A DNA stretch of 64,000 nt from Nemertoderma westbladi (taxonomy: Eukaryota > Animalia > Xenacoelomorpha): the NCBI GenBank assembly GCA_032718475.1, contig JAUCBJ010003593.1, positions 1-64,000 of the forward strand, in the 5' to 3' direction. Shown here piece by piece: positions 13,101 through 26,100 of the stretch (its first letter is position 1; the number at the start of each line of letters is the position of its first letter). The translations under genes and the position numbers were made by a program. Under the pieces are notes generated by a model. It did no database searches. It was not told the origin of the DNA and was given only the letters and a program-made list of their open reading frames with translations.

Positions 13101-15300
13101 GTGAGCCTGCTCCTCCTGGTGATGGTGTACCTGCTCCTCCTGGTGCTGGTGTGCCAACTCCTGGTGGAGGTGTTACAACTCCTTCCAGTGGAGGTGGTAT
13201 TGCGCCTGCTCCTCCTGGTGAAGGTGGAGGTGCACCCGCTCCTCCTGGTGAAGGTGGTGGTGCACCTGCTCCTCCTGGTGAAGGTGGTGGTTCGCCTGGT
13301 CCTCCTGGTGAAGGTGTACCTGATACTCCTGGTGCTGGTGTACCTGCTCCTCCTGGTGCTGGTGTACCTGCTCCTCCTGGTGCTGGTGTCCCTGCTCCTC
13401 CTGGTGCTGGTGTACCTGCTCCTCCTGGTGCTGGTGTTCCTGCTCCTCCTGGTGCTGGTGTACCTGTTCCTCCTGGTGCTGGTGTACCTGCTCCTCCTGG
13501 TGCTGGTGTACCTGATACTCCAGGTGCTAGTGTACCTGCTCCTCCTGGTGCTGGTGTACCTGATACTCCTGGTGCTGGTGTACCTGCTCCTCCTGGTGCT
13601 GGTGTACCTGATACTCCAGGTGCTAGTGTACCTGCTCCTCCTGGTGCTGGTGTACCTGCTCCTACTTGTGCTGGTGTACCTGCTTCTCCTGGTGCTGGTG
13701 TACCTGCTTCTCCTGGTGCTGGTGTACCTGCTCCTCCTGGTGCTGGTGTACCTGCTTCTCCTGGTGCTGGTGTACCTGCTCCTCCTGGTGCTGGTGTACC
13801 TGCTCCTCCTGGTGCTTGTGTACCTGCTTCTCCTGGTGCTGGTGTACCTGCTCCTCCTGGTGCTGGTGTACCTGCTCCTCCTGGTGCTGGTGTACCTGCT
13901 CCTCCTGGTGCTGGTGTACCTGCTCCCCCTGGTGCTGGTGTGCCAACTCCTGGTGGAGGTGTTACAACTCCTTCCAGTGGAGGTGGTATTGCGCCTGCTC
14001 CTCCTGGTGAAGGTGGTGGTGCGCCTGCTCCTCCTGGTGAAGGTGGTGGTGCACCTGCTCCTCCTGGTGAAGGTGGTGGTTCGCCTGGTCCTCCTGGTGA
14101 AGGTGTACCTGATACTCCTGGTGCTGGTGTACCTGTTCCTCCTGGTGCTGGTGTCCCTGCTCCTCCTGGTGCTGGTGTACCTGCTCCTTCTGGTGCTGGT
14201 GTACCTGCTCCTCCTGGTGCTGGTGTACCTGCTCCTCCTGGTGCTGGTGTCCCTGCTCCTCCTGGTGCTGGTGTACCTGCTCCTCCTGGTGCTGGTGTAC
14301 CTGCTCCTCCTGGTGCTGGTGTACCTGCTCCTCCTGGTGCTGGTGTACCTGATACTCCTGGTGCTAGTGTACCTGCTCCTCCTGGTGCTGGTGTACCTGC
14401 TCCTCCTGGTGCTGGTGTACCTGCTCCCCCTGGTGCTGGTGTGCCAACTCCTGGTGGAGGTGTTACAACTCCTTCCAGTGGAGGTGGTATTGCACCTGCT
14501 CCTCCTGGTGAAGGTGGTGGTGCGCCTGCTCCTCCTGGTGAAGGTGGTGGTTCGCCTGGTCCTCCTGGTGAAGGTGTACCTGATACTCCTGGTGCTGGTG
14601 TACCTGCTTCTCCTGGTTCTGGTGTACCTGCTTCTCCTGGTGCTGGTGTACCTGCTCCTCCTGGTGCTGGTGTACCTGCTCCTCCTGGTGCTGGTGTACC
14701 TGCTCCTCCTGGTGCTGATGTGCCAACTCCTGGTGGAGGTGTTACAACTCCTTCCAGTGGAGGTGGTATTGCGCCTGCTCCTCCTGGTGAAGGTGGTGGT
14801 GCGCCTGCTCCTCCTGGTGAAGGTGGTGGTGCACCTGCTCCTCCTGGTGAAGGTGGTGGTTCGCCTGGTCCTCCTGGTGAAGGTGTACCTGATACTCCTG
14901 GTGCTGGTGTACCTGTTCCTACTGGTGCTGGTGTCCCTGCTCCTCCTGGTGATGGTGTACCTGCTCCTCCTGGTGCTGGTGTACCTGCTCCTCCTGGTGC
15001 TGGTGTACCTGCTCCTCCTGGTGCTGGTGTACCTGCTCCCCCTGGTGCTGGTGTCCCTGCTCCTCCTGGTGCTGGTGTACCTGCTCCTCCTGGTGCTGGT
15101 GTACCTGCTCCTCCTGGTGCTGGTGTACCTGCTCCTCCTGGTGCTGGTGTACCTGCTTCTCCTGGTGCTGGTGTACCTGCTTCTCCTGGTGCTGGCGTAC
15201 CTACTTCTCCTGGTGCTGGCGTTTCTGCTCCTCCTGGTGCTGGTGTATCTCGTGGTGGCGGGCTTCCCAAAACATCCATGTTAAATGGGCAAGGACAATC
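10167..15300 (-). CDS. 5.1 kb exon: DCPC, ~1,630 aa of Gly/Pro/Ala/Thr repeats (GTPAPGGA)n, then the rest of a VWC/TILa-like domain
   Basis: tccag|[24 protein letters not shown]...[29 protein letters not shown]...NPEC|gtaagt. Uninterrupted frame of 5134 nt; phase 0/1. Confidence 0.9.
10360..15248 (-). repeat. Coding tandem repeat, 24-bp unit with six interspersed higher-order modules
   Basis: Plus-strand unit GGTGTACCTGCTCCTCCTGGTGCT. The module [10 protein letters not shown](x2-3)[16 protein letters not shown] occurs near 11070, 12340, 13155, 13945, 14445 and 14725. Confidence 0.95.
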
Positions 15301-16883
15301 CTGGAAATTTTAAGTAAATATTATTTTAATTTAATTTAATTTTAATAGATTTAATATGTATATAATTGTACATTTGTTTACATTAGTTAGTTAGTTAGGT
15401 AGCGTTCGCTATTAAATAGACAAATCAACAAACACAAATTTTGACATCTAAACTTAGAGAGAATAGGGAAAATCCCTTTCAAAAAACAAATGGAAAATAA
15501 CACATACTACATACAACATAGAAAACGATCAAATTAAATTAAGCTTTAGTTTCACCCCGGTTTAGTATACCTTAATTAACTGACTTAATGGCAAAAATAC
15601 TATATATACTAATACTCTATGGCAAATAATTTAACTATTTCAAAAATATTTTTCCACAGACTTGCCGAATTGAAAAATTTACTTTAAATCTTTGAATTAT
15701 AATACTGCTATAGCGCACTATAGCTGTTCGGGGCAAAATAAAAGGACGTGGTTCTCTTCCTGTATATACTCGGTACCGTGGCACCGTGGCAAGAGCAGAT
15801 TCTACATACATGTAATACACAGATACATGTAATAGCCTCATGTTAGTAGACTGGGATGAAGGGTTTTCTTCTGAGGTAAACTGGATGTACCGGTACAATA
15901 AAGTCATCGTTAATAATTGTGCGGAATGTTACGAATTTCGTTGACCATTTGGATTTGCAGACTTTCGGTGCGTCAGGTGTGGTATGTTCAGTACATCATA
16001 AAGATTGTGCGGTGGCGGTGGAAATGGCATTTTATATTTCAACCTCACCTATATTATGTTGGTCAAGAAACAGTTATCATAGTACGTAGTCAACCACAAT
16101 TATGAAGGGGAAAGGAAAAGAGGGCGCGTTTCACCTTGAAGGACAACCCATTACACTTCAATTTTTTCTGTATCTCTGATTATTGGAGAGACAACTATTA
16201 TGGAACCATCATACAGTGATTTGATCGCAGTAATTATCTCATCAGGGATCCCATTGGCCTCGACTATCTTAAACATGCAAGGGTGGGAGACACAGTCATC
16301 GTGACTGGTACTATCGATATACATAGGCCCACACTAGAGCGGTATACCCATAATTATAGTTAGTCAAGTTAGGGTATAGATTTCCAGAGAATTTCGGATC
16401 TTCGTCTTGGGATGATAAAAAACCGATGCTTGTTGCCTTTGCCCCCTTCGAACTTTGTCTTCAATAATGTGCAGTGACTGCCGGTCGGTGAAGGCCCCAC
16501 GCACCCAAGACGAAGAACATAATCGGATGAAGGGCTGATAAGGCCCCTGATGACCATTTAGGACCTTCAACTCACTTGGACTTTCGCAAAATGTGGATCT
16601 TCGATCCGATACCGCGCCCCTGGTGATGATTATTATTAGTCTTAGAATAACACATAAAAACACAATACAGGAAAGCGAATTGTGATGCAGTACTGAGTTC
16701 AACATGGAACTATCCAATACCCATCAAATAAAATGGACATAGACTAAAGATTCAATAAATTGCATTTCATAAAAACTGATTCCAACAATTTTATTAATTT
16801 TCGAAGCACCAGAGTACTCTGCAAATAGAAATCGTTAAAGGCGAATAAAAAAATTATGCAAGTATAAAATGAACAAATCTTAC

Positions 16884-17059
16884 CGAGCTATCAACACAGT
16901 TGCCATTCTCATCTTCAACCATATTGACTGGACAAATACAGATAGGCGTGTCGTCGGAGCATTCCCAAGGCCAACATTCATCCTCTCTGATCTCCTCGCA
17001 TGTGAGTGGACAGACAGCCAACGTATCGGAATTACATAAAATCTTAGGATAGTCGCATT
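16884..17059 (-). CDS. Exon: TIL domain
   Basis: tgcag| (E)CDYPKILCNSDTLAVCPLTCEEIREDECWPWECSDDTPICICPVNMVEDENGNCVDSS |gtaaga. Phase 1/0; joins DCPC of the next exon. Confidence 0.9.
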
Positions 17060-17165
17060 CTGCAAGATTATATATATTATGTAAATTAATAATAGTAATA
17101 ATTGTAAGTGATTCAATTCGAAACACCGATGTAGGCCCCAAATCTACAAGTTAATGAGATTGCAT

Positions 17166-20100
17166 GGATGGTGTACCTGGTGGAGATGGTGTTCCTGGTG
17201 GGGATGGTGTTCCTGGTGGAGATGGTGTTCCTGGTGGGGATGGTGTTCCTGGTGGAGATGGTGTTCCCGGTGGAGATGGTGTTCCTGGTGGAGATGGTGT
17301 TCCTGGTGGGGATGGTGTTCCTGGTGGAGATGGTGTTCCTGGTGGGGATGGTGTTCCTGGTGGGGATGGTGTACCTGGTGGTGATGGTGTTCCTGGTGGG
17401 GATGGTGTTCCTGGTGGGCTAGGTGTTCCCGGTGGAGATGGTGTTCCTGGTGGGGATGGTGTTCCTGGTGGAGATGGTGTTCCTGGTGGAGATGGTGTTC
17501 CTGGTGGGGATGGTGTTCCTGGTGGAGATGGTGTTCCTGGTGGAGATGGTGTTCCTGGTGGTGATGGTGTACCTGGTGGGGATGGTGTTCCTGGTGGGGA
17601 TGGTGTACCTGGTGGGCTAGGTGTTCCTGGTGGAGATGGTGTTCCTGGTGGGGATGGTGTTCCTGGTGGAGATGGTGTTCCTGGTGGGGATGGTGTTCCT
17701 GGTGGAGATGGTGTTCCTGGTGGGGATGGTGTTCCCGGTGGAGATGGTGTTCCCGGTGGGGATGGTGTTCCTGGTGGAGATGGTGTTCCTGGTGGGGATG
17801 GTGTACCTGGTGGAGATGGTGTTCCTGGTGGGGATGGTGTACCTGGTGGGCTAGGTGTTCCTGGTGGAGATGGTGTTCCTGGTGGAGATGGTGTTCCTGG
17901 TGGGGATGGTGTACCTGGTGGAGATGGTGTTCCTGGTGGGGATGGGGTTCCTGGTGGAGATGGTGTTCCTGGTGGAGATGGTGTTCCTGGTGGAGATGGT
18001 GTTCCTGGTGGGGATGGTGTTCCTGGTGGGGATGGTGTTCCTGGTGGGGATGGTGTTCCTGGTGGTGATGGTGTTCCTGGTGGGGATGGTGTTCCTGGTG
18101 GGGATGGTGTACCTGGTGGGCTAGGTGTTCCTGGTGGAGATGGTGTTCCTGGTGGGGATGGTGTACCTGGTGGAGATGGTGTTCCTGGTGGAGAGGGTGT
18201 TCCTGGTGGGGATGGTGTTCCTGGTGGAGATGGTGTTCCTGGTGGAGATGGTGTTCCTGGTGGAGATGGTGTTCCTGGTGGGGATGGGGTTCCTGGTGGA
18301 GATGGTGTTCCTGGTGGGGATGGTGTTCCTGGTGGAGATGGTGTTCCTGGTGGGGATGGTGTTCCTGGTGGGGATGGTGTTCCTGGTGGAGATGGTGTTC
18401 CTGGTGGTGATGGTGTTCCTGGTGGGGATGGTGTTCCTGGTGGAGACGGTGTTCCTGGTGGGGATGGTGTTCCTGGTGGGGATGGTGTTCCTGGTGGAGA
18501 TGGTGTTCCTGGTGGAGATGGTGTTCCTGGTGGAGATGGTGTTCCTGGTGGGGATGGGGTTCCTGGTGGAGATGGTGTTCCTGGTGGGGATGGTGTACCT
18601 GGTGGAGATGGTGTCCCTGGTGGGGATGGTGTTCCTGGTGGAGATGGTGTTCCTGGTGGGGATGGTGTTCCTGGTGGGGATGGTGTTCCTGGTGGGGATG
18701 GTGTACCTGGTGGAGATGGTGTTCCTGGTGGGGATGGTGTACCTGGTGGAGAGGGTGTTCCTGGTGGGGATGGTGTACCTGGTGGAGAGGGTGTTCCTGG
18801 TGGGGATGGTGTTCCTGGTGGAGATGGTGTTCCTGGTGGAGATGGTGTTCCTGGTGGAGATGGTGTTCCTGGTGGGGATGGGGTTCCTGGTGGAGATGGT
18901 GTTCCTGGTGGGGATGGTGTTCCTGGTGGAGATGGTGTTCCTGGTGGGGATGGTGTTCCTGGTGGGGATGGTGTTCCTGGTGGAGATGGTGTTCCTGGTG
19001 GGGATGGTGTTCCTGGTGGAGATGGGGTTCCTGGTGGGGATGGTGTACCTGGTGGAGATGGTGTTCCTGGTGGTGATGGTGTTCCTGGTGGGGATGGTGT
19101 TCCTGGTGGAGATGGTGTTCCTGGTGGAGATGGTGTTCCTGGTGGAGATGGTGTTCCTGGTGGGGATGGGGTTCCTGGTGGAGATGGTGTTCCTGGTGGG
19201 GATGGTGTACCTGGTGGAGATGGTGTTCCTGGTGGTGATGGTGTTCCTGGTGGGGATGGTGTTCCTGGTGGAGATGGTGTTCCTGGTGGAGATGGTGTTC
19301 CTGGTGGGGATGGTGTTCCTGGTGGAGATGGTGTTCCTGGTGGAGATGGTGTTCCTGGTGGAGATGGTGTTCCTGGTGGGGATGGGGTTCCTGGTGGAGA
19401 TGGGGTTCCTGGTGGGGATGGTGTACCTGGTGGAGATGGTGTTCCTGGTGGGGATGGTGTACCTGGTGGAGATGGTGTTCCTGGTGGGGATGGTGTTCCT
19501 GGTGGGGATGGTGTTCCTGGTGGGGATGGTGTTCCTGGTGGAGATGGTGTTCCTGGTGGGGATGGTGTTCCTGGTGGGGATGGTGTACCTGGTGGGGATG
19601 GTGTTCCTGGTGGGGATGGTGTTCCTGGTGGAGATGGTGTTCCTGGTGGAGATGGTGTTCCTGGTGGGGATGGTGTACCTGGTGGGGATGGTGTTCCTGG
19701 TGGGGATGGTGTTCCTGGTGGAGATGGTGTTCCTGGTGGAGATGGTGTTCCTGGTGGGGATGGTGTACCTGGTGGAGAGGGTGTTCCTGGTGGGGATGGT
19801 GTTCCTGGTGGAGATGGTGTTCCTGGTGGAGATGGTGTTCCTGGTGGAGATGGTGTTCCTGGTGGGGATGGGGTTCCTGGTGGAGATGGTGTTCCTGGTG
19901 GGGATGGTGTTCCTGGTGGAGATGGTGTTCCTGGTGGGGATGGTGTTCCTGGTGGGGATGGTGTTCCTGGTGGGGATGGTGTTCCTGGTGGAGATGGTGT
20001 TCCTGGTGGAGATGGTGTTCCTGGTGGAGATGGTGTTCCTGGTGGGGATGGGGTTCCTGGTGGAGATGGTGTTCCTTGTGGGGATGGTGTTCCTGGTGGA

Positions 20101-23100
20101 GATGGTGTTCCTGGTGGGGATGGTGTACCTGGTGGAGATGGTGTTCCTGGTGGGGATGGGGTTCCTGGTGGAGATGGTGTTCCTGGTGGGGATGGTGTTC
20201 CTGGTGGAGATGGTGTTCCTGGTGGGGATGGGGTTCCTGGTGGGGATGGTGTACCTGGTGGTGATGGTGTTCCTGGTGGAGATGGTGTTCCTGGTGGGGA
20301 TGGTGTACCTGGTGGAGATGGTGTTCCTGGTGGGGATGGTGTTCCTGGTGGAGATGGTGTTCCTGGTGGAGATGGTGTTCCTGGTGGAGATGGTGTTCCT
20401 GGTGGGGATGGTGTTCCTGGTGGAGATGGTGTTCCTGGTGGGGATGGTGTTCCTGGTGGAGATGGTGTTCCTGGTGGGGATGGTGTTCCTGGTGGGGATG
20501 GTGTTCCTGGTGGGGATGGTGTTCCTGGTGGAGATGGTGTTCCTGGTGGGGATGGTGTTCCTGGTGGGGATGGTGTTCCTGGTGGGGATGGGGTTCCTGG
20601 TGGAGATGGTGTTCCTGGTGGGGATGGTGTTCCTGGTGGAGATGGTGTTCCTGGTGGGGATGGTGTACCTGGTGGAGATGGTGTTCCTGGTGGGAGATGG
20701 TGTTCCTGGTGGGGATGGTGTTCCTGGTGGAGATGGTGTTCCTGGTGGGGATGGTGTTCCTGGTGGGGATGGTGTACCTGGTGGTGATGGTGTTCCTGGT
20801 GGGGATGGTGTTCCTGGTGGGGATGGTGTTCCCGGTGGAGATGGTGTTCCTGGTGGGGATGGTGTTCCTGGTGGAGATGGTGTTCCTGGTGGGGATGGTG
20901 TACCTGGTGGAGATGGTGTTCCTGGTGGGGATGGTGTACCTGGTGGGCTAGGTGTTCCTGGTGGAGATGGTGTTCCTGGTGGGGATGGTGTTCCTGGTGG
21001 AGATGGTGTTCCTGGTGGGGATGGTGTACCTGGTGGGCTGGTGTTCCTGGTGGAGATGGTGTTCCTGGTGGGGATGGTGTTCCTGGTGGAGATGGTGTTC
21101 CTGGTGGGGATGGTGTACCTGGTGGAGATGGTGTTCCTGGTGGAGATGGTGTTCCTGGTGGGGATGGTGTTCCTGGTGGAGATGGTGTTCCTGGTGGGGA
21201 TGGTGTTCCTGGTGGGGATGGTGTTCCTGGTGGAGATGGTGTTCCTGGTGGGGATGGTGTTCCTGGTGGAGATGGTGTTCCTGGTGGGGATGGTGTTCCT
21301 GGTGGGGATGGTGTTCCTGGTGGAGATGGTGTTCCTGGTGGGGATGGTGTTCCTGGTGGGGATGGTGTTCCTGGTGGGGATGGGGTTCCTGGTGGAGATG
21401 GTGTTCCTGGTGGAGATGGTGTTCCTGGTGGGGATGGTGTACCTGGTGGAGATGGTGTTCCTGGTGGGGATGGTGTTCCTGGTGGGGATGGTGTACCTGG
21501 TGGAGATGGTGTTCCTGGTGGGGATGGTGTACCTGGTGGGCTAGGTGTTCCTGGTGGAGATGGTGTTCCTGGTGGGGATGGTGTTCCTGGTGGAGATGGT
21601 GTTCCTGGTGGGGATGGTGTTCCTGGTGGGGATGGTGTTCCTGGTGGAGATGGTGTTCCTGGTGGGGATGGTGTTCCTGGTGGGGATGGTGTACCTGGTG
21701 GTGATGGTGTTCCTGGTGGGGATGGTGTTCCTGGTGGAGATGGTGTTCCTGGTGGGGATGGTGTACCTGGTGGGCTAGGTGTTCCTGGTGGTGATGGTGT
21801 TCCTGGTGGGGACGGTGTTCCTGGTGGAGATGGTGTTCCTGGTGGGGATGGTGTACCTGGTGGAGATGGTGTTCCTGGTGGGGATGGTGTTCCTGGTGGA
21901 GATGGTGTTCCTGGTGGAGATGGTGTTCCTGGTGGAGATGGTGTTCCTGGTGGGGATGGTGTTCCTGGTGGAGATGGTGTTCCTGGTGGGGATGGTGTTC
22001 CTGGTGGAGATGGTGTTCCTGGTGGGGATGGTGTTCCTGGTGGGGATGGTGTTCCTGGTGGGGATGGTGTTCCTGGTGGAGATGGTGTTCCTGGTGGGGA
22101 TGGTGTTCCTGGTGGGGATGGTGTTCCTGGTGGGGATGGGGTTCCTGGTGGAGATGGTGTTCCTGGTGGGGATGGTGTTCCTGGTGGAGATGGTGTTCCT
22201 GGTGGGGATGGTGTACCTGGTGGAGATGGTGTTCCGGGTGGGGATGGTGTACCTGGTGGGCTAGGTGATCCTGGTGGAGATGGTGTTCCTGGTGGGGATG
22301 GTGTTCCTGGTGGAGATGGTGTTCCTGGTGGGGATGGTGTACCTGGTGGGGATGGGGTTCCTGGTGGAGATGGTGTTCCTGGTGGGGATGGTGTTCCTGG
22401 TGGAGATGGTGTTCCTGGGGGAGATGGTGTTCCTGGTGGAGATGGTGTTCCTGGTGGAGATGGTGTTCCTGGTGGGGACGGTGTTCCTGGTGGAGATGGT
22501 GTTCCTGGTGGGGATGGTGTTCCTGGTGGAGATGGTGTTCCTGGTGGAGATGGTGTTCCTGGTGGAGATGGTGTTCCTGGTGGGGATGGTGTTCCTGGTG
22601 GAGATGGTGTTCCTGGTGGGGATGGTGTTCCTGGTGGAGATGGTGTTCCTGGTGGGGATGGTGTTCCTGGTGGGGATGGTGTACCTGGTGGGGATGGTGT
22701 TCCTGGTGGAGATGGTGTTCCTGGTGGAGATGGTGTTCCTGGTGGGGATGGTGTTCCCGGTGGAGATGGTGTTCCTGGTGGGGATGGTGTTCCTGGTGGA
22801 GATGGTGTTCCTGGTGGAGATGGTGTTCCTGGTGGAGATGGTGTTCCTGGTGGAGATGGTGTTCCTGGTGGGGATGGTGTACCTGGTGGAGATGGTGTTC
22901 CTGGTGGGGATGGTGTACCTGGTGGGGATGGTGTTCCTGGTGGGGATGGTGTTCCTGGTGGGTATGGTGTACCTGGTGGAGATGGTGTTCCTGGTGGGGA
23001 TGGTGTTCCCGGTGGAGATGGTGTTCCTGGTGGGGATGGTGTTCCTGGTGGAGATGGTGTTCCTGGTGGGGATGGTGTACCTGGTGGGGATGGTGTTCCT

Positions 23101-26100
23101 GGTGGAGATGGTGTACCTGGTGGAGATGGTGTTCCTGGTGGGGATGGTGTACCTGGTGGAGATGGTGTTCCTGGTGGGGATGGTGTTCCTGGTGGAGATG
23201 GTGTTCCTGGTGGGGATGGTGTTCCTGGTGGGGATGGTGTACCTGGTGGTGATGGTGTTCCTGGTGGGGATGGTGTTCCTGGTGGAGATGGTGTTCCTGG
23301 TGGGGATGGTGTTCCTGGTGGGGATGGTGTTCCTGGTGGGGATGGTGTTCCTGGTGGGGATGGTGTTCCTGGTGGGGATGGTGTTCCTGGTGGAGATGGT
23401 GTTCCTGGTGGAGATGGTGTTCCTGGTGGGGATGGTGTTCCTGGTGGAGATGGTGTTCCTGGTGGGGATGGTGTTCCTGGTGGGGATGGTGTTCCTGGTG
23501 GAGATGGTGTTCCTGGTGGGGATGGTGTTCCCGGTGGAGATGGTGTTCCTGGTGGGGATGGTGTTCCTGGTGGAGATGGTGTTCCTGGTGGGGATGGTGT
23601 TCCCGGTGGAGATGGTGTTCCTGGTGGGGATGGTGTTCCTGGTGGAGATGGTGTTCCTGGTGGGGATGGTGTACCTGGTGGGGATGGTGTTCCTGGTGGA
23701 GATGGTGTACCTGGTGGAGATGGTGTTCCTGGTGGGGATGGTGTACCTGGTGGAGATGGTGTTCCTGGTGGGGATGGTGTTCCTGGTGGGGATGGTGTTC
23801 CCGGTGGAGATGGTGTTCCTGGTGGGGATGGTGTACCTGGTGGGGATGGTGTTCCTGGTGGAGATGGTGTACCTGGTGGAGATGGTGTTCCTGGTGGGGA
23901 TGGTGTACCTGGTGGAGATGGTGTTCCTGGTGGGGATGGTGTTCCTGGTGGAGATGGTGTTCCTGGTGGGGATGGTGTTCCTGGTGGGATGGTGTACCTG
24001 GTGGTGATGGTGTTCCTGGTGGGGATGGTGTTCCTGGTGGAGATGGTGTTCCTGGTGGGGATGGTGTTCCTGGTGGGGATGGTGTTCCTGGTGGGGATGG
24101 TGTTCCTGGTGGGGATGGTGTTCCTGGTGGGGATGGTGTTCCGGTGGAGATGGTGTTCCTGGTGGAGATGGTGTTCCTGGTGGGGATGGTGTTCCTGGTG
24201 GAGATGGTGTTCCTGGTGGGGATGGTGTTCCTGGTGGGGATGGTGTACCTGGTGGAGATGGTGTTCCTGGTGGGGACGGTGTTCCTGGTGGGGATGGTGT
24301 TCCTGGTGGGGATGGTGTACCTGGTGGAGATGGTGTTCCTGGTGGGGACGGTGTTCCTGGTGGGGATGGTGTTCCTGGTGGGGATGGTGTTCCTGGTGGG
24401 ATGGTGTTCCTGGTGGGGATGGTGTTCCTGGTGGGGATGGTGTACCTGGTGGAGATGGTGTACCTGGTGGAGATGGTGTTCCTGGTGGGGATGGTGTACC
24501 TGGTGGAGATGGTGTTCCTGGTGGGGATGGTGTTCCCGGTGGAGATGGTGTTCCTGGTGGGGATGGTGTTCCTGGTGGGGATGGTGTTCCCGGTGGAGAT
24601 GGTGTTCCTGGTGGGGATGGTGTTCCTGGTGGAGATGGTGTTCCTGGTGGGGATGGTGTACCTGGTGGGGATGGTGTTCCTGGTGGAGATGGTGTACCTG
24701 GTGGAGATGGTGTTCCTGGTGGGGATGGTGTTCCCGGTGGAGATGGTGTTCCTGGTGGGGATGGTGTTCCTGGTGGAGATGGTGTTCCTGGTGGGGATGG
24801 TGTACCTGGTGGGGATGGTGTTCCTGGTGGAGATGGTGTACCTGGTGGAGATGGTGTTCCTGGTGGGGATGGTGTACCTGGTGGAGATGGTGTTCCTGGT
24901 GGGGATGGTGTTCCTGGTGGAGATGGTGTTCCTGGTGGGGATGGTGTTCCTGGTGGGGATGGTGTACCTGGTGGTGATGGTGTTCCTGGTGGGGATGGTG
25001 TTCCTGGTGGAGATGGTGTTCCTGGTGGGGATGGTGTTCCTGGTGGGGATGGTGTTCCTGGTGGGGATGGTGTTCCTGGTGGGATGGTGTTCCTGGTGGA
25101 GATGGTGTTCCTGGTGGGGATGGTGTTCCTGGTGGAGATGGTGTTCCTGGTGGGGATGGTGTTCCTGGTGGAGATGGTGTTCCTGGTGGGGATGGTGTCC
25201 TGGTGGGGATGGTGTTCCTGGTGGAGATGGTGTTCCTGGTGGGGATGGTGTACCTGGTGGAGATGGTGTTCCTGGTGGGGATGGTGTTCCTGGTGGAGAT
25301 GGTGTTCCTGGTGGGGATGGTGTACCTGGTGGGATGGTGTTCCTGGTGGGGATGGTGTACCTGGTGGGGATGGTGTTCCTGGTGGAGATGGTGTTCCTGG
25401 TGGGGATGGTGTTCCTGGTGGAGATGGTGTTCCTGGTGGGGATGGTGTTCCTGGTGGAGATGGTGTTCCTGGTGGGGATGGTGTTCCTGGTGGGGATGGT
25501 GTACCTGGTGGGGATGGTGTTCCTGGTGGAGATGGTGTTCCTGGTGGGGATGGTGTTCCTGGTGGAGATGGTGTTCCTGGTGGGGATGGTGTTCCTGGTG
25601 GAGATGGTGTTCCTGGTGGGGATGGTGTACCTGGTGGGGATGGTGTTCCTGGTGGGGATGGTGTTCCTGGTGGGGATGGTGTTCCTGGTGGGGATGGTGT
25701 TCCTGGTGGAGATGGTGTTCCTGGTGGAGATGGTGTTCCTGGTGGGGATGGTGTACCTGGTGGAGATGGTGTTCCTGGTGGGGATGGTGTTCCCGGTGGA
25801 GATGGTGTTCCTGGTGGGGATGGTGTTCCTGGTGGAGATGGTGTTCCTGGTGGGGATGGTGTTCCTGGTGGGGATGGTGTTCCTGGTGGTGATGGTGTTC
25901 CTGGTGGAGATGGTGTTCCTGGTGGAGATGGTGTTCCTGGTGGGGATGGTGTACCTGGTGGAGATGGTGTTCCTGGTGGGGATGGTGTTCCTGGTGGGGA
26001 TGGTGTTCCTGGTGGGGATGGTGTTCCTGGTGGAGATGGTGTTCCTGGTGGGGATGGTGTTCCTGGTGGAGATGGTGTTCCTGGTGGGGATGGTGTTCCT

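Noticed and set aside
10210-15313. Long plus-strand ORFs ([23 protein letters not shown]) and QHQEEQVH ORFs
   Set aside because: Alternative frames of a stop-poor repeat. Only the minus GTPAP frame is bounded by splice sites and Cys domains.
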